Shown: positions 38,429 through 49,082 of the stretch, piece by piece | How the letters are laid out: each line of letters begins with the position of its first letter | Position numbering within the stretch: the first letter of the stretch is position 1 | From: an uncultured Gammaproteobacteria bacterium | GTDB lineage: Bacteria > Patescibacteriota > Microgenomatia > UBA8517 > JACQJR01 | Length of the DNA stretch: 64,000 nt | Reading direction: 5' to 3' | Assembly (NCBI GenBank): GCA_964442455.1 | Contig: CAYTZB010000004.1 | Span: 7,425-71,424, forward strand | Notes under the pieces: model-generated | The model's input: only the letters and a program-made list of their open reading frames with translations | Told to the model about the DNA's origin: nothing | Databases searched by the model: none | Position numbers and translations under genes: made by a program

Positions 38429-38872
38429 TTACTTTTGTTGTCTTGCTTGTCCGGTCTGCTCGCCTCGCACTGAGGCGGGCTGGCGGGTTTGCATTTTTGC
38501 AAGCGTTTCTTTCTTAAATGCTCCAACAGTCCTTCTCTTTCCACGCTTGGTACGAGCATTGGTTCTTGTCCTTTGACCTCTAACCGGCAACCCTCTCTGA
38601 TGTCTCACACCACGATATGATTTTATCGTGACGAGTCGGCCTATATCTTCTCTCACGGACCTCTGTAAATCTCCCTCAATTATTATCCCCTCCAAGGCCT
38701 TTGTAAGGTGATTTATTTGCTCGTCGGTGAGCTCTTTAACTCTGCGCTCTTGCGGAATATTCACTTTTGTAAGAATCTGCCGGCTCATAGGCCACCCGAC
38801 CCCATACAAAAGGGTGAGTGCATAATCTACTCTGGCATTCTCTGGTAATTCAACTCCTGCTATCCTAGCCAT
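38429..38872 (-). CDS. rpsM: 30S ribosomal protein S13
   Basis: MARIAGV, GLPVRGQRTRTNAR; SD AGGAGG. Confidence 0.98.
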   Translation of the reverse strand: MARIAGVELPENARVDYALTLLYGVGWPMSRQILTKVNIPQERRVKELTDEQINHLTKALEGIIIEGDLQRSVREDIGRLVTIKSYRGVRHQRGLPVRGQRTRTNARTKRGKRRTVGAFKKETLAKMQTRQPASVRGEQTGQARQQK

Positions 38873-38889
38873 ATAACCTCCTTCGGAGG

Positions 38890-38982
38890 AAATCCGAAAT
38901 TCTAAATCCGAAATACGAAACGTTTCGAATCTTATATTTTTATAATTTGTTTCGGATTTCGATATTCGTGCTTCGAATTTCC
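38890..38982. repeat. Heptamer-periodic inverted element copy C
   Basis: AAATCCG AAATTCT AAATCCG AAATACG ... TTCGGAT TTCGATA TTCGTGC TTCGAAT. Confidence 0.8.
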
Positions 38983-39002
38983 AACTTTGCACACAAAGTT
39001 GG

Positions 39003-39116
39003 CTATCCTTGTCTTTGTTTGTGTTTAGGATTTATGCAAATCACGTACAAGACTCCTCGCCTTTTAACGAGTTTGCAATTCCGACATCTCACTTTGATTG
39101 ATGCTTGTACCTTCAT
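39003..39116 (-). CDS. rpmJ: 50S ribosomal protein L36
   Basis: [37 protein letters not shown], translated by hand. Confidence 0.97.
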   Translation of the reverse strand: MKVQASIKVRCRNCKLVKRRGVLYVICINPKHKQRQG

Positions 39117-39180
39117 AATTGAAAATGGCTAAATGGTTATATGGTCACATAGTTTAACAATTAGCCATGCAACCATTTAA

Positions 39181-39396
39181 CTATTTATATCTAAATACTA
39201 TTCTTCCTCTCTCCTCATCATATGGTGTCATCTCTATCTTGACCCTGTCCCCCGGTAAAATACGGATGAAATTGCGCCGCATCTTACCCGCAACAGACGC
39301 CAGAATTCGCCTTCCATTATCTAAATCAACACGAAATAACGTATTGGGCATTGCCTCAACAATTGTTCCTTCTACCTCTGTTGTTCCTGTATGCAT
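39181..39396 (-). CDS. infA: Translation initiation factor IF-1
   Basis: [25 protein letters not shown]. Confidence 0.97.
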   Translation of the reverse strand: MHTGTTEVEGTIVEAMPNTLFRVDLDNGRRILASVAGKMRRNFIRILPGDRVKIEMTPYDEERGRIVFRYK

Positions 39397-39399
39397 TCC

Positions 39400-40146
39400 T
39401 TAAGTGAGAATAACTGGACCATTCTTTGTAATCGCCACAGTTTCTTCAAATAACCCTCCCATTTTATCATCTTTTGTGCGTGCTGTCCACTTGTCCTCTT
39501 CGATAATTATATCGGGAGTCCCTTCTGTATAAATTGCCTCAATTGCCAAAACCATACCGGCCGAAAGTGCGGGAGTGTTCTCAATCTTTCCTTCCAAAAA
39601 ACAGGGAATCACTGGTTCCTCATGAAGCTCTCTTCCTACTCCGTGTCCGGTAAACATACGCACGGGACTATATCCTGCGCCTCGCAAAACTTGCTCAAGG
39701 GTTTGAGAAATATCACCAACCTTCTTTCCCGGTCGCGCAGAGTGGATTGCATTCTTAAGTGCCTTTTTTCCAGTTTCGATAAATCGAGAAAGCTGTGCTG
39801 AAACAGGCGGAACTCCTACTGTAAAAGCAGAGTCTGTATTAAAACCACGATAGTATATTCCCACATCAACACTTACCTTATCTCCTGAATTAACCTTATA
39901 ATCATTGGGGATCCCATGAACTACTCCGTTGTTGACATTTATACACGTTGCCCATTTATACCCATATACCCTCTGAAATGCGGGCTCCGCCCCACTTCGC
40001 CTTATTTCCTCCTCTGCAACTCTGTTAAGTGTGGCAAGCGTTATTCCCGGTTTTATGTGGTTAGCAACTACCTCCTTAACATGCGCGAGTTTTTTCCCCG
40101 CTTGCGCAATAATTTCAATTTCTTGTGGGTTTTTGATGGGAATCAT
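39400..40146 (-). CDS. map: Methionine aminopeptidase type I
   Basis: VVHGIP, SVDVG, TDSA, GHGVG, HEEP. Confidence 0.95.
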   Translation of the reverse strand: MIPIKNPQEIEIIAQAGKKLAHVKEVVANHIKPGITLATLNRVAEEEIRRSGAEPAFQRVYGYKWATCINVNNGVVHGIPNDYKVNSGDKVSVDVGIYYRGFNTDSAFTVGVPPVSAQLSRFIETGKKALKNAIHSARPGKKVGDISQTLEQVLRGAGYSPVRMFTGHGVGRELHEEPVIPCFLEGKIENTPALSAGMVLAIEAIYTEGTPDIIIEEDKWTARTKDDKMGGLFEETVAITKNGPVILT

Positions 40147-40156
40147 AAACTAATTT

Positions 40157-40705
40157 TTAATTTTGCAGTTTTCTAAGAATATCTTGAAAGATAACCTCAA
40201 TTGGTGGTTCGCCGTCCACCTCGACGAGCTTTCCCTGTGTCCGATAGAAATGAAGGACTGGGGCGGTTTGTTCGTGGTAAATAGAAAGACGTTCCTTAAC
40301 TACTTCTTCTGTATCATCCGCTCGTCTACGCAGAATCAGGCGTTTTACATTCTCACTATCTCGCACGCGCAAATAAATAACAACATCGGGAGTAAAAGGA
40401 AGATGGTGAGCTTGAAACAATGTCCTTGGAACCCCATCCACCACAAAACCGTTCTTATACTGGTTTTTTTCTAATTCTTTACCCAAAAGCTCAAGGGTCA
40501 AAGAATCGGGAACAAGCTTCCCCGCATCAACCAGTTCTCTTACATCCTGACTGGTGTTACTTAACCCGCGAAGAAGTGCCCCCATCTCAACATGCGGCAC
40601 ATTAAAATGCTTGGCCAACAACTCCGCTTGTGTACTCTTTCCCGATCCCACCGGCCCCATGACAATAATGCAACGCCGCCTACTTTGTTCCGAGGTATCC
40701 TTCAT
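40157..40705 (-). CDS. adk: Adenylate kinase (short LID)
   Basis: [25 protein letters not shown]; exact start uncertain. Confidence 0.93.
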   Translation of the reverse strand: MKDTSEQSRRRCIIVMGPVGSGKSTQAELLAKHFNVPHVEMGALLRGLSNTSQDVRELVDAGKLVPDSLTLELLGKELEKNQYKNGFVVDGVPRTLFQAHHLPFTPDVVIYLRVRDSENVKRLILRRRADDTEEVVKERLSIYHEQTAPVLHFYRTQGKLVEVDGEPPIEVIFQDILRKLQN

Positions 40706-41969
40706 ATCGGTGCATGGCGATTTGCGCCTCAAGTTGCTTTGTCAGCTCAAGAATAACCGAAACCACAATGAGAATTCCTGTTCCTCCAAGCGCAATGGTA
40801 GTCAATCCGGTAAATCGCTGTACCAGATAGGGTAAAATTGCAATCAGACCCAAAAAAACCGCCCCAACGGTCGTCACTCGATACAAAATAAACGTCAAAT
40901 ACGAAACAGTTCCTGAACCTGGCCGTATCCCTGGAATAAATCCTCCATACTTTGCTAAGTCCTCTCCCACGCGTTTCGGATTAAACACAACCGCTGCGTA
41001 AAAGAAGGTAAATCCTATAACTAAAAGGAAGTAAGAAAGATTATAAAGTGCACCGTTCGGGTTGAGAAGAGAAGAAAGATTTTGTGCAAAACGGGACAGG
41101 AGGGGACTCTCTACATTGGCGAGAAACTGGCTAAATAAGGAAGGGACGAGCACAAGGGAAATGGCAAAAATAATAGGAATTACTCCTGCCTGATTCACTC
41201 TTATGGGTAAATGGGTCTGGGGACTTGCAAGTGTTCCTCCTCTAAGACGTCTGGCGTACTGAATTGGTACACGCCTGGCTCCCTCATTCATAACGACCAC
41301 AGCGACGATGACGACTATTGAGAGCACGAAAAACGCAATGAGAGGGAAAAGGGTGGTCGCTGAAACTGTCACAGCAGTTTGGGAGGCAACAACGGGAAAC
41401 CGGCCGACAATTCCCGCGAAAATAAGAAGAGAAATACCATTTCCAACCCCATACTCTGAGATAAGTTCGCCAATCCACATAGCCACAATTGTGCCAGCCA
41501 CCATAGTAACTACGAGTGCGACAAGTCCGAGCGGTGAAAGTACACTAACAATTCCCTGTGAGCGCAACAGGACATACATTCCAACTGCTTGGAGTGCTGA
41601 GAGAGGAATAGTAAGAAAACGGGTATAGCGATTTATCTGCGCTCGGCCCTGTTCTCCCTCTTTTGAAAGTTCCTCAAGGGCAGGTATGACAAACGTCGCA
41701 AGCTGCATAATAATCGAGGCATTAATATAGGGGTTTAACCCCAATGCCATAATTGAAAAGTTCGCCAAAGTGCCCCCCGAGAAAATATCAAGTAATGAGA
41801 GGAGGGGACTGGTCGCAAAGAAGCTACGCAGTGCTCCCTGGTCTACTCCTCCTGCAGGAATGTGGGCAATAAAGCGGAAGGCGACGAGCATCAAAAGCGT
41901 AAACAAAAGTTTGCGGCGGATTGGTTTGTAGGCAAAGGCCTGAGTGAAAGTGCGCAAAAGAGTATTCAT
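40680..41969 (-). CDS. secY: Preprotein translocase SecY
   Basis: [35 protein letters not shown]. Confidence 0.98.
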   Translation of the reverse strand: MNTLLRTFTQAFAYKPIRRKLLFTLLMLVAFRFIAHIPAGGVDQGALRSFFATSPLLSLLDIFSGGTLANFSIMALGLNPYINASIIMQLATFVIPALEELSKEGEQGRAQINRYTRFLTIPLSALQAVGMYVLLRSQGIVSVLSPLGLVALVVTMVAGTIVAMWIGELISEYGVGNGISLLIFAGIVGRFPVVASQTAVTVSATTLFPLIAFFVLSIVVIVAVVVMNEGARRVPIQYARRLRGGTLASPQTHLPIRVNQAGVIPIIFAISLVLVPSLFSQFLANVESPLLSRFAQNLSSLLNPNGALYNLSYFLLVIGFTFFYAAVVFNPKRVGEDLAKYGGFIPGIRPGSGTVSYLTFILYRVTTVGAVFLGLIAILPYLVQRFTGLTTIALGGTGILIVVSVILELTKQLEAQIAMHRYEGYLGTK

Positions 41970-42409
41970 ATCTCAATAGTTCCTCCTTGTGCTTCAATAA
42001 GGCGACGTGCGCCACGAGAAACGGGAAGAGCAATGGTCAAAGACTTGTTTACCGTCCCTCCTCCTACAATTTTAACGTTTTTTTCTGACGACTTCAGTAG
42101 CCCTGCAGCAACCAGTGCCGCTCTATCAACGCGCGCCTTCGCGCGAAATACTTTAAGTTTCCCAAGTGCGATAATGACCGGTTTTTCGCGGGGTTTGAGC
42201 TTCCCTTTTCCGCGTAGCATGGGAATCCGCTTGAGGAGGGACTTTTTAACTTTCGTTCCGAAAAAGGACACCCCAACTCTTTCGCGCGATTTTTGCCCCT
42301 TTTGTCCACGACCAACTGTATGACCTCCTTTGCCACTACCTATTCCTCGACCAATACGCTTTTTTCCTCTTCTTACATGGGCGGATAAGGTATGTGGTTG
42401 AGTCATCAT
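41966..42409 (-). CDS. rplO: 50S ribosomal protein L15
   Basis: [21 protein letters not shown]. Confidence 0.96.
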   Translation of the reverse strand: MMTQPHTLSAHVRRGKKRIGRGIGSGKGGHTVGRGQKGQKSRERVGVSFFGTKVKKSLLKRIPMLRGKGKLKPREKPVIIALGKLKVFRAKARVDRAALVAAGLLKSSEKNVKIVGGGTVNKSLTIALPVSRGARRLIEAQGGTIEI

Positions 42410-42876
42410 ATTTCTCCTTTCTGTATCTTAACGAGCACTGCAATGTTCTTAAGTGCCTCTATAGTTGCATAAACATTTGAGATTTTATTCTTTGTGCCAA
42501 GAATTTTACCTACTACATCCCGAATACCCGCTACCTCAAATACGACCCGCATGGGACCACCCGCAATAATACCTGAACCTTGCGGTGCTGGCTTGACAAG
42601 CACCCTTGCTGCGCCATATTTTATTGTTTGAGGAAATGGTATGGTTGTTCCTCGCAACGGAACCATAATCAAATGCTTTCTCGCATAAGAGGTGGCTTTG
42701 TTAATCGCAGCAACCACGTCAGGCGCTTTGCCCAACCCTAGCCCTACCCTTCCTTTTTTGTCCCCGACAACCGCGAGCGCAGAGAACCGCATTTGATTTC
42801 CACCCGCAGTCTTTTTTGAAATACGGTTCACTTGGATAACTTTCTCGGTAAATTCATTCATTTCTCTATCCATCAA
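42406..42876 (-). CDS. rpsE: 30S ribosomal protein S5
   Basis: [17 protein letters not shown]. Confidence 0.97.
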   Translation of the reverse strand: MMDREMNEFTEKVIQVNRISKKTAGGNQMRFSALAVVGDKKGRVGLGLGKAPDVVAAINKATSYARKHLIMVPLRGTTIPFPQTIKYGAARVLVKPAPQGSGIIAGGPMRVVFEVAGIRDVVGKILGTKNKISNVYATIEALKNIAVLVKIQKGEI

Positions 42877-43217
42877 AATTCTAATCCTCCTTCTCGTGCC
42901 CCTTCGGCTACCTCTCTCACCACTCCATGAAATGTATAAGGACCCCTGTCAAACACAACCTTTTTAATCTTCTTTTTGAGTGCCAGCCGAGCAATAGTCT
43001 TACCAACCGTACGTGCCCGCTCTTTCTTTGTTGTCCCATCGCGAGGGGAAAGTCCCCGAGAGGAAGCAGCAACGAGGGTATGCCCTTTTGTATCATCAAT
43101 AATTTGTGCCCAGATGTACTTACTTGAACGAAATACCGTTAATCGGGGTACCCTCTCAGTACGAGCCCGCAACTTCAATCTTGCCTTTTGTGCACGCATT
43201 TTTCGCTCCCTATTCAT
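42873..43217 (-). CDS. rplR: 50S ribosomal protein L18
   Basis: [20 protein letters not shown]. Confidence 0.97.
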   Translation of the reverse strand: MNRERKMRAQKARLKLRARTERVPRLTVFRSSKYIWAQIIDDTKGHTLVAASSRGLSPRDGTTKKERARTVGKTIARLALKKKIKKVVFDRGPYTFHGVVREVAEGAREGGLEF

Positions 43218-43219
43218 AG

Positions 43220-43756
43220 TTATGATACTGCTCCTTTCGCTGCTTTGCCCGGTTTCTTTCGTACTACCTCTCCTTCGTATCGCACTCCTTTCCCTTTATA
43301 CGAGTCAGGAGGACGGTAAGACCTAATCTGTGCAGCAACGAGTCCCACGCGTTGCTTATCAGTACCTTCAACTGTTATCTTGTTTTGCTGCACAGAAAAT
43401 TGAATTTCCTCGGGAGCAGTAACCACTATAGGATGCGAAAAACCCAGATGTAAGGTAAGTTCTTTTCCATCGGTAGCTGCTCGGTATCCGGTGCCTATTA
43501 TCTCAAGAGTCTTGCGCCATCCGACATTTACACCATATACCATATTGGCAAGTGTTGCCCTTACCCTTCCAAAAATTGCGGAGGAAGCGGCAGTCCGCTC
43601 CACAACGACTAAGCTGTTTTCTGTCTTTACATATATCCCAGTAGGGATAGCAAGCGCTAGCTCCCCTTTTGGCCCGACCACAATAACCCTCGAGTTATCA
43701 ACGGTGACTCTTACTCCTTCAGGAATCTCAATTGGTTTTTTACCAACCCGTGACAT
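43220..43756 (-). CDS. rplF: 50S ribosomal protein L6
   Basis: MSRVGK, LGFSHP, YKGKG. Confidence 0.97.
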   Translation of the reverse strand: MSRVGKKPIEIPEGVRVTVDNSRVIVVGPKGELALAIPTGIYVKTENSLVVVERTAASSAIFGRVRATLANMVYGVNVGWRKTLEIIGTGYRAATDGKELTLHLGFSHPIVVTAPEEIQFSVQQNKITVEGTDKQRVGLVAAQIRSYRPPDSYKGKGVRYEGEVVRKKPGKAAKGAVS

Positions 43757-43757
43757 A

Positions 43758-44138
43758 TCACCAGACCTCCGCTATTACCTCTCCACCTCTTCCTTTCTTC
43801 ACCGCTTCCTTCTCTGTCATCACACCCGCGGGCGTCGACACAACCTGAATACCAATTACGCTGCTTCCCTTCTTAAGCTGGCGGACATTTTTGTAAATAC
43901 GCTGTCCTGGTGTTGAAATGTTTTTAACGTTGGTCAAGCGGGGACGCGACCTCAGATAAGCAAGTCGTACCATCAGGTTTCCTGCATCTCGCTCTATACT
44001 TTCCAGATACCCCTCTTTCACCAGTACTTTCGCAATCTCTTCCTTCAACCGAGAATATGGAATGACACACTCGTGCTTTCGGGCAAGCGCTGCGTTTTTT
44101 AGTCGTATAAATAAATCGTTTACAGGTGCTGTAATCAT
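43758..44138 (-). CDS. rpsH: 30S ribosomal protein S8
   Basis: RLKNA, ISTPG, GGEVIAEVW. Confidence 0.96.
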   Translation of the reverse strand: MITAPVNDLFIRLKNAALARKHECVIPYSRLKEEIAKVLVKEGYLESIERDAGNLMVRLAYLRSRPRLTNVKNISTPGQRIYKNVRQLKKGSSVIGIQVVSTPAGVMTEKEAVKKGRGGEVIAEVW

Positions 44139-44142
44139 ATCT

Positions 44143-44328
44143 TTACCAACTCGCTTTCTTTACTCCTGGAATCTCCCCTTTATGTGCTAATTCTCGAAAA
44201 CAAAGCCGGCAGAGACCAAAGAGACGAATGTACCCTCTCGGTCTTCCACATAAGCTACAGCGGTTTCTATACCGCACGTCATATTTTAACTTCTTTTGTT
44301 CTCGTACAATTTTTGATTTTTTAGCCAT
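44143..44328 (-). CDS. rpsZ: 30S ribosomal protein S14, zinc-binding type Z
   Basis: 61 aa, CSLC...CRLC, GVKKASW. Confidence 0.97.
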   Translation of the reverse strand: MAKKSKIVREQKKLKYDVRYRNRCSLCGRPRGYIRLFGLCRLCFRELAHKGEIPGVKKASW

Positions 44329-44340
44329 ACTAGCTCTTCG

Positions 44341-44889
44341 CTACTTGCTTCCTCCCTTTTCAAAGGGCATTCCCAGCTCCTCCAACAATCTTCTCGCCTG
44401 TTCGTTGGTACGGGCAGTGGTGACTATTGTAATCCCAATTCCCCTTCCTTTTCCAACTTTCCCCACATCAACCTCGGGAAAGATTGTGTGCTCGACAAGT
44501 CCGAGCGTATAATTTCCTCTTCCGTCGAATGCGTTCTCCTTTGCGCCTCGAAAGTCACGAAGCCGCGGCAGCACGACGCGAAACAATTTTTCCAAAAATG
44601 CCCACATGCGTGACCCTCGAAGTGTCACGCGCAGTCCCACTGGCGCGCCACGCCGAATCCCAAATCCAGCAATTGCAGCGCGTGCGCCACGCACTTGCGG
44701 TCCCTGGCCTGTAATTAAACTTAACTCCCCACGTGCCTTATCAAGTACCTCGCGGTTCCCTGCGGCTTCGCCAATACCCATATCAACTACAACCTTCTCT
44801 ACTTTCGGCACACTCAGCGAACTCTTGACTCCAAGTTCAGTTTGAAGCTTAGGTCTCACTTGTTCCTCATATACTGTTTGCAAACTCAT
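44341..44889 (-). CDS. rplE: 50S ribosomal protein L5
   Basis: ITGQ, VTLRG, LPRLRDFRG, FDGRGNY. Confidence 0.97.
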   Translation of the reverse strand: MSLQTVYEEQVRPKLQTELGVKSSLSVPKVEKVVVDMGIGEAAGNREVLDKARGELSLITGQGPQVRGARAAIAGFGIRRGAPVGLRVTLRGSRMWAFLEKLFRVVLPRLRDFRGAKENAFDGRGNYTLGLVEHTIFPEVDVGKVGKGRGIGITIVTTARTNEQARRLLEELGMPFEKGGSK

Positions 44890-44891
44890 AT

Positions 44892-45251
44892 TTATCCCTT
44901 GTTACTTGTCACCTTTTTAGCCTTAGCGGCCAAACTCTCTTTATCAATTTGCCTTCCGCACTTTCGGCAAATTCTCACTTTCTCTCCTGTGTTTAAAAAC
45001 TTCATTCCCACCCTCGTCAGTTTTGTGCAATGGGGGCACAACAGCGCAATATTACTCAAAGGTAGTGGTCTTGAAAACTCAATAATTCCTCCTTTTTGCT
45101 TTCCCAACGCTCGCTGATGTTTTTTATACACATTAAGTCCAGGAATAAGAACCCGACCACTGCGTGGGAACATCTTCTCAACTTTTCCGCGCCTTCCTTT
45201 ATCTTTACCTGCAGTTATCAATACCTCATCACCAACTCGTAGTTTCGTCAT
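44892..45251 (-). CDS. rplX: 50S ribosomal protein L24
   Basis: KOW motif GDEVLITAGKDKG. Confidence 0.96.
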   Translation of the reverse strand: MTKLRVGDEVLITAGKDKGRRGKVEKMFPRSGRVLIPGLNVYKKHQRALGKQKGGIIEFSRPLPLSNIALLCPHCTKLTRVGMKFLNTGEKVRICRKCGRQIDKESLAAKAKKVTSNKG

Positions 45252-45253
45252 TG

Positions 45254-45622
45254 TTAAACAACCTCCTTTGCAAGTGAAACAATCTTCCCGAATCCTGCTT
45301 CTCGGACTTCTCGTGCAATAGGACCAAAAATGCGCGTACCGCGGGGATTTCCTTGATTGTCGATAACAACCCCTGCATTGTCATCGAACCTGACAGCCGA
45401 GCCATCTCTTCTTTTATGTTCCTTTCTCGTTCTCACTACAACCACATCAACAAGTTCTCTATCTTTTACCACGCCTGTGGGATCTGCACCTTTCACCACA
45501 CATTTCACCACTACTCCCACAATCGCAAATCGCCGCTTTGAAAAGCGCGGAATGCCAATAACTTTCAAATAGTTCGCGCCTGAATTATCAGCCGAGCTGA
45601 GTATTGAGTTAAGTTGAACCAT
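45254..45622 (-). CDS. rplN: 50S ribosomal protein L14
   Basis: ADNSGA, FDDNA, GTRIFGP. Confidence 0.97.
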   Translation of the reverse strand: MVQLNSILSSADNSGANYLKVIGIPRFSKRRFAIVGVVVKCVVKGADPTGVVKDRELVDVVVVRTRKEHKRRDGSAVRFDDNAGVVIDNQGNPRGTRIFGPIAREVREAGFGKIVSLAKEVV

Positions 45623-45845
45623 TCAAAACCTCCACTATCTTCCATCTTTTCGCCTTCGAAAGTGGCCTGGTTTCTACCATCACTACCCTGTCTCCCACCT
45701 TCGCACCAAGCGCGTTATGTGCATGGAATTTTTTGTGGCGACGCACTCTCTTTTTGTACAGAGGATGCGTTACCCATCGTTCGACCCGAACTATAGCAGT
45801 TTTCTCCATTTTGTCACTCACAATGACTCCTTGTATTCTTCTCAT
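45609..45845 (-). CDS. rpsQ: 30S ribosomal protein S17
   Basis: VSDKMEKT, HPLYKK, ETRPLSK. Confidence 0.97.
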   Translation of the reverse strand: MRRIQGVIVSDKMEKTAIVRVERWVTHPLYKKRVRRHKKFHAHNALGAKVGDRVVMVETRPLSKAKRWKIVEVLNGST

Positions 45846-46045
45846 CCTTGTAGCTCCTTCTCCCTAATAAGGGTTGCAATTTGCGCACTGTCGCGCTTAA
45901 GTGTACGTCCAGCATGAACATTTTTTATCTTGCCTCCCCGCACTTCAAGTACAATCCTCGCCCGTTCCTGTTTTTTCTTCGCAAACAGAGTCCTCAATTC
46001 TGCGGGTGTTTTTGTTCTTAATTCTTGTAGTTCCTTCTTTTTCAT
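45842..46045 (-). CDS. rpmC: 50S ribosomal protein L29
   Basis: Operon position; ELRTKT..., AQIAT; SD GGAGG before ATG 46045. Confidence 0.9.
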   Translation of the reverse strand: MKKKELQELRTKTPAELRTLFAKKKQERARIVLEVRGGKIKNVHAGRTLKRDSAQIATLIREKELQG

Positions 46046-46065
46046 ACTTACCTCCTCCATTCAGA

Positions 46066-46473
46066 TTACTCTCTCTGTATTATCTTAGCTTCGACTGGCA
46101 ACTTCTGCGCTGCCATCCGCAGGGCCGTCATTGCAAGCTCACGCTCAATCCCCGCCACTTCAAATAACATTCTTCCCGCCCTCACAACTGCAACATATGT
46201 TTTAATATCTCCCTTTCCACCACCCATACGCACGCCGGCGGATTTAGCGGTTATCGGTTTATCAGGAAAAACTCGTATCCAAATTTTTCCTCCTCGTCGG
46301 GTCACATGGGCAATTGCACGTCGTGCCGCCTCTATTTGTGCAGCAGTCACCCAACCACTTGATGTACTTTTGAGTCCATATTCGCCAAAATCGAGTACTG
46401 TACCCCGACTTTCCTTTCCCTTCATCGTCCCTCTAAATTGTTTTCGATATTTTTGTTTTCTTGGTTGCAACAT
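46066..46473 (-). CDS. rplP: 50S ribosomal protein L16
   Basis: MLQP, QIEAAR, RMGGGKG. Confidence 0.98.
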   Translation of the reverse strand: MLQPRKQKYRKQFRGTMKGKESRGTVLDFGEYGLKSTSSGWVTAAQIEAARRAIAHVTRRGGKIWIRVFPDKPITAKSAGVRMGGGKGDIKTYVAVVRAGRMLFEVAGIERELAMTALRMAAQKLPVEAKIIQRE

Positions 46474-46482
46474 GTTCGCTCC

Positions 46483-46568
46483 TTTTAGTCGAAAATAATA
46501 CCGATACTACAAATTTCAAATTATTAATTATTGGTTATTTATTGGTAATTATTTGAAATTGGTACTTA
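46483..46568. repeat. AT-rich periodic inverted element (TACAAAT/ATTGGTA family)
   Basis: Shares TTTTAGTCG...ATACTACAAAT...ATTGGTACTTA with 58190-58292. Confidence 0.65.
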
Positions 46569-47198
46569 TTCTGATTTCTTGTGTATCCATACTTTTACTC
46601 CCACATATCCTCGCTTCAAGAGTGCTGGCACCTGGGCATAATCAATATTCGCGCGTAAGGTTTGGCTAGGAACCGACCCTTGCTGAAACTTTTGTCTGCG
46701 CGCAATCTCGGCACCTCCAATTCGCCCCCCAATTACTACTTTCACCCCAAGTGCCCCCGCAGCCATTACCCGTTCAACTGTACGCATAATCACGCGTCGG
46801 GCAGGAAGACGACGTTCAAGTTCTGCGGCAATTCGGTATGCTACAAGCTGCGCTGACAACTCTGGTTCCTTTACCTCTTCTATTACCACATCAAGTTTGT
46901 CTGGAGATCCCACTAGCTTTCCTCGAATTAGTTTTTTTAATTCTTCTATTCCTGTACCACCTCTTCCGATTACCATGCCTGGCCGCGTCACAAGAATCCG
47001 TATGGTCAACGCCTTGGGAAGCCGCTCAATGATAATGTCAGTTACACCCGCATTCCTCAGTTTTTCGGTTAATAATCGGCGCAATGTCACGTCAGACAGG
47101 AGAAACTCGCGGAACTGCCGTTGTGTCGCAAACCAACGTGCTTTCCAATCGGTAAATTCTCCCACTCTAAATCCAATTGGATTAACTTTTTGTCCCAT
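46566..47198 (-). CDS. rpsC: 30S ribosomal protein S3
   Basis: MGQKVNP, RPGMVIG, GVKVWI. Confidence 0.98.
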   Translation of the reverse strand: MGQKVNPIGFRVGEFTDWKARWFATQRQFREFLLSDVTLRRLLTEKLRNAGVTDIIIERLPKALTIRILVTRPGMVIGRGGTGIEELKKLIRGKLVGSPDKLDVVIEEVKEPELSAQLVAYRIAAELERRLPARRVIMRTVERVMAAGALGVKVVIGGRIGGAEIARRQKFQQGSVPSQTLRANIDYAQVPALLKRGYVGVKVWIHKKSE

Positions 47199-47199
47199 T

Positions 47200-47634
47200 T
47201 TATTTGCTTTCTGTCTGCAGTCTACCGACTACAGCCTCAGCTGGCTTAGGTGAATTAGCATCTTTCCTCGCTGTAGGCTGTGGTTTTTCAGCAGTAGACT
47301 CACCCTCCTTTGTCTCCAAAACTACCCTTATATGACTTGTCCTCTTTAAAATTGGTTGGGGCCTCCCTACAGAACCGGCTCTCCCTCGCTTGAGACGAGG
47401 CCCCTCATTAATCTGGATTTCTTTTATCATTAAAGGGGTACTCACTCCTCGGCTGCGAGCATTTGCGAGTGCTTGTTTTATCGTTTTGAGCAGTGGTAAT
47501 GCTGCTTGCTTTCTAACAAAAGAAAGGGTAGTAAGTAATTTATCCGGATCTTCTATGCCCTTTATAGCACGTGCAACTACCCTCAATTTGAGAGGACTCA
47601 TTCGTAAATATCGTTGTTCAGCTTTGATTAACAT
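47200..47634 (-). CDS. rplV: 50S ribosomal protein L22 with C-terminal extension
   Basis: SPLKLR, NEGP, KRTSHI. Confidence 0.96.
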   Translation of the reverse strand: MLIKAEQRYLRMSPLKLRVVARAIKGIEDPDKLLTTLSFVRKQAALPLLKTIKQALANARSRGVSTPLMIKEIQINEGPRLKRGRAGSVGRPQPILKRTSHIRVVLETKEGESTAEKPQPTARKDANSPKPAEAVVGRLQTESK

Positions 47635-47700
47635 TGTTTATAAAAGCTAACTAGAGAATCGCTAACTAGTTAACTGGTCAACTAATCTCTAGTCAACTCA

Positions 47701-47985
47701 TTACGTCTTCTCAATAGTCCTTTTTACAACTTGTCCATGCCCTCTAAATGTTCGAGTAGGAGAGAATTCACCCAGTCTGTGTCCTACCATATCCTCGTTT
47801 ACAAACACCTCAATAAAGGTTCGGCCGTTGTGTACCGAAAATCGATGGCCTACAAATTCAGGCGGGATTTGACTATCTCGTGCCCACGTCTTAATCGGTT
47901 CATGCTTATCATCCGACTTTTGAGCCATGACTTTTTTGAGCAGTTTTTGGTCAATGTATGGTCCTTTTTTACTTGAACGACTCAT
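47701..47985 (-). CDS. rpsS: 30S ribosomal protein S19
   Basis: [20 protein letters not shown]. Confidence 0.98.
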   Translation of the reverse strand: MSRSSKKGPYIDQKLLKKVMAQKSDDKHEPIKTWARDSQIPPEFVGHRFSVHNGRTFIEVFVNEDMVGHRLGEFSPTRTFRGHGQVVKRTIEKT

Positions 47986-48031
47986 ATCTTGCACTGGAGG
48001 CAAACCTACGGTTTTCCTCCAACTCCTTTCC

Positions 48032-48766
48032 CTATTTCTTTCTTCTTTTGACAATATACTTATCCGAATACTTTCCCTTCTTTCGTGTCCTCACGCCTCG
48101 GGCGGGTTTACCCCAGGGAGTTTTGGGTGGCATCCCCTCACCTGAACGACCCTCTCCACCACCATGTGGATGGGCTGCTGGATGCATGGCAACACCGCGA
48201 ACAGTTGGACGGATCCCCCTCCAGCGTTTTTGACCGGCTTTCTTCAATTTTTCCGTTTTATGTTCAATTCTTCCTACTTGACCGACTGTTGCGTATGCTT
48301 CTCCCACCACTTTCCGAATTTCCCCAGAGGGCAGTTTAAGCGTCACTACTCCGTCTTCTTTTCCTTGGACGACTGCTGCCGCGCCTGCACTGCGTATGAG
48401 TTGCCCTCCCTTTCCGGGCCGCAATTCTACACTATGTACCATCGTTCCAACCGGAATTCGAAACAGAGGAAGCGCATTGCCGGGAGAGAGGGGTGCATCC
48501 TCTCCTGCCATTACCGCATCCCCTCTTTTAAGTCCCTTGGGCGCAAGCAGGTAACGACGCTCTCCGTCAGGGTATACCACAAGGGCAACCTCAGCACTCC
48601 TGCCCGGGTCGTATTCAATTGCTTCTACCCGACCTGGCAATCCCCGTTTATCGCGCTTAAAGTCAATTTCTCGCAGGAAGCGTTTTTGCCGACCACCTTG
48701 GTGTCGTACGGAAATCCGCCCCTTTGACCTGCCTCCCTTCTTTGGTAAAATCTTCTTCAGTTTCAT
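48032..48766 (-). CDS. rplB: 50S ribosomal protein L2 (short N-terminus)
   Basis: [21 protein letters not shown]; first ATG after rplW is at 48766. Confidence 0.97.
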   Translation of the reverse strand: MKLKKILPKKGGRSKGRISVRHQGGRQKRFLREIDFKRDKRGLPGRVEAIEYDPGRSAEVALVVYPDGERRYLLAPKGLKRGDAVMAGEDAPLSPGNALPLFRIPVGTMVHSVELRPGKGGQLIRSAGAAAVVQGKEDGVVTLKLPSGEIRKVVGEAYATVGQVGRIEHKTEKLKKAGQKRWRGIRPTVRGVAMHPAAHPHGGGEGRSGEGMPPKTPWGKPARGVRTRKKGKYSDKYIVKRRKK

Positions 48767-48776
48767 ACTCAATACT

Positions 48777-49082
48777 TTATACTTTCCTTTTTCCTCCTTT
48801 TTTCTCTGTTGCAAAAAGATCAATTGTCTGTCCTTTCTCCAACTCCACAATTGCCTTCTTTATATCAGAGAGTTTTTTTACAAGACGCCGCCCCCCAAAT
48901 CGCCGGGTTTTTCCAGAAATTTTAACTGTCTTGACACCTTTTACCTTTACGCCAAAGGCGTTCTCGACTACATGAGTAATTTGGTTTTTGTTTGCACTGG
49001 CTACAACCTCAAAGGTAAACTTACCAGCCTCTGCGTCCTTTTTTGATTTCTCAGTTATCAACGGTCTTAAAAGTATGCTCAT
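48777..49082 (-). CDS. rplW: 50S ribosomal protein L23
   Basis: [16 protein letters not shown]. Confidence 0.97.
   Translation of the reverse strand: MSILLRPLITEKSKKDAEAGKFTFEVVASANKNQITHVVENAFGVKVKGVKTVKISGKTRRFGGRRLVKKLSDIKKAIVELEKGQTIDLFATEKKGGKRKV

Noticed and set aside
38873-38992. N-terminal extension of S13
   Set aside because: It is translated heptamer repeat; an SD precedes the canonical MARIAG start.
42406-42409. Missing rpmD (L30) between rpsE and rplO
   Set aside because: Real, but an established CPR trait; used only as taxonomic evidence.
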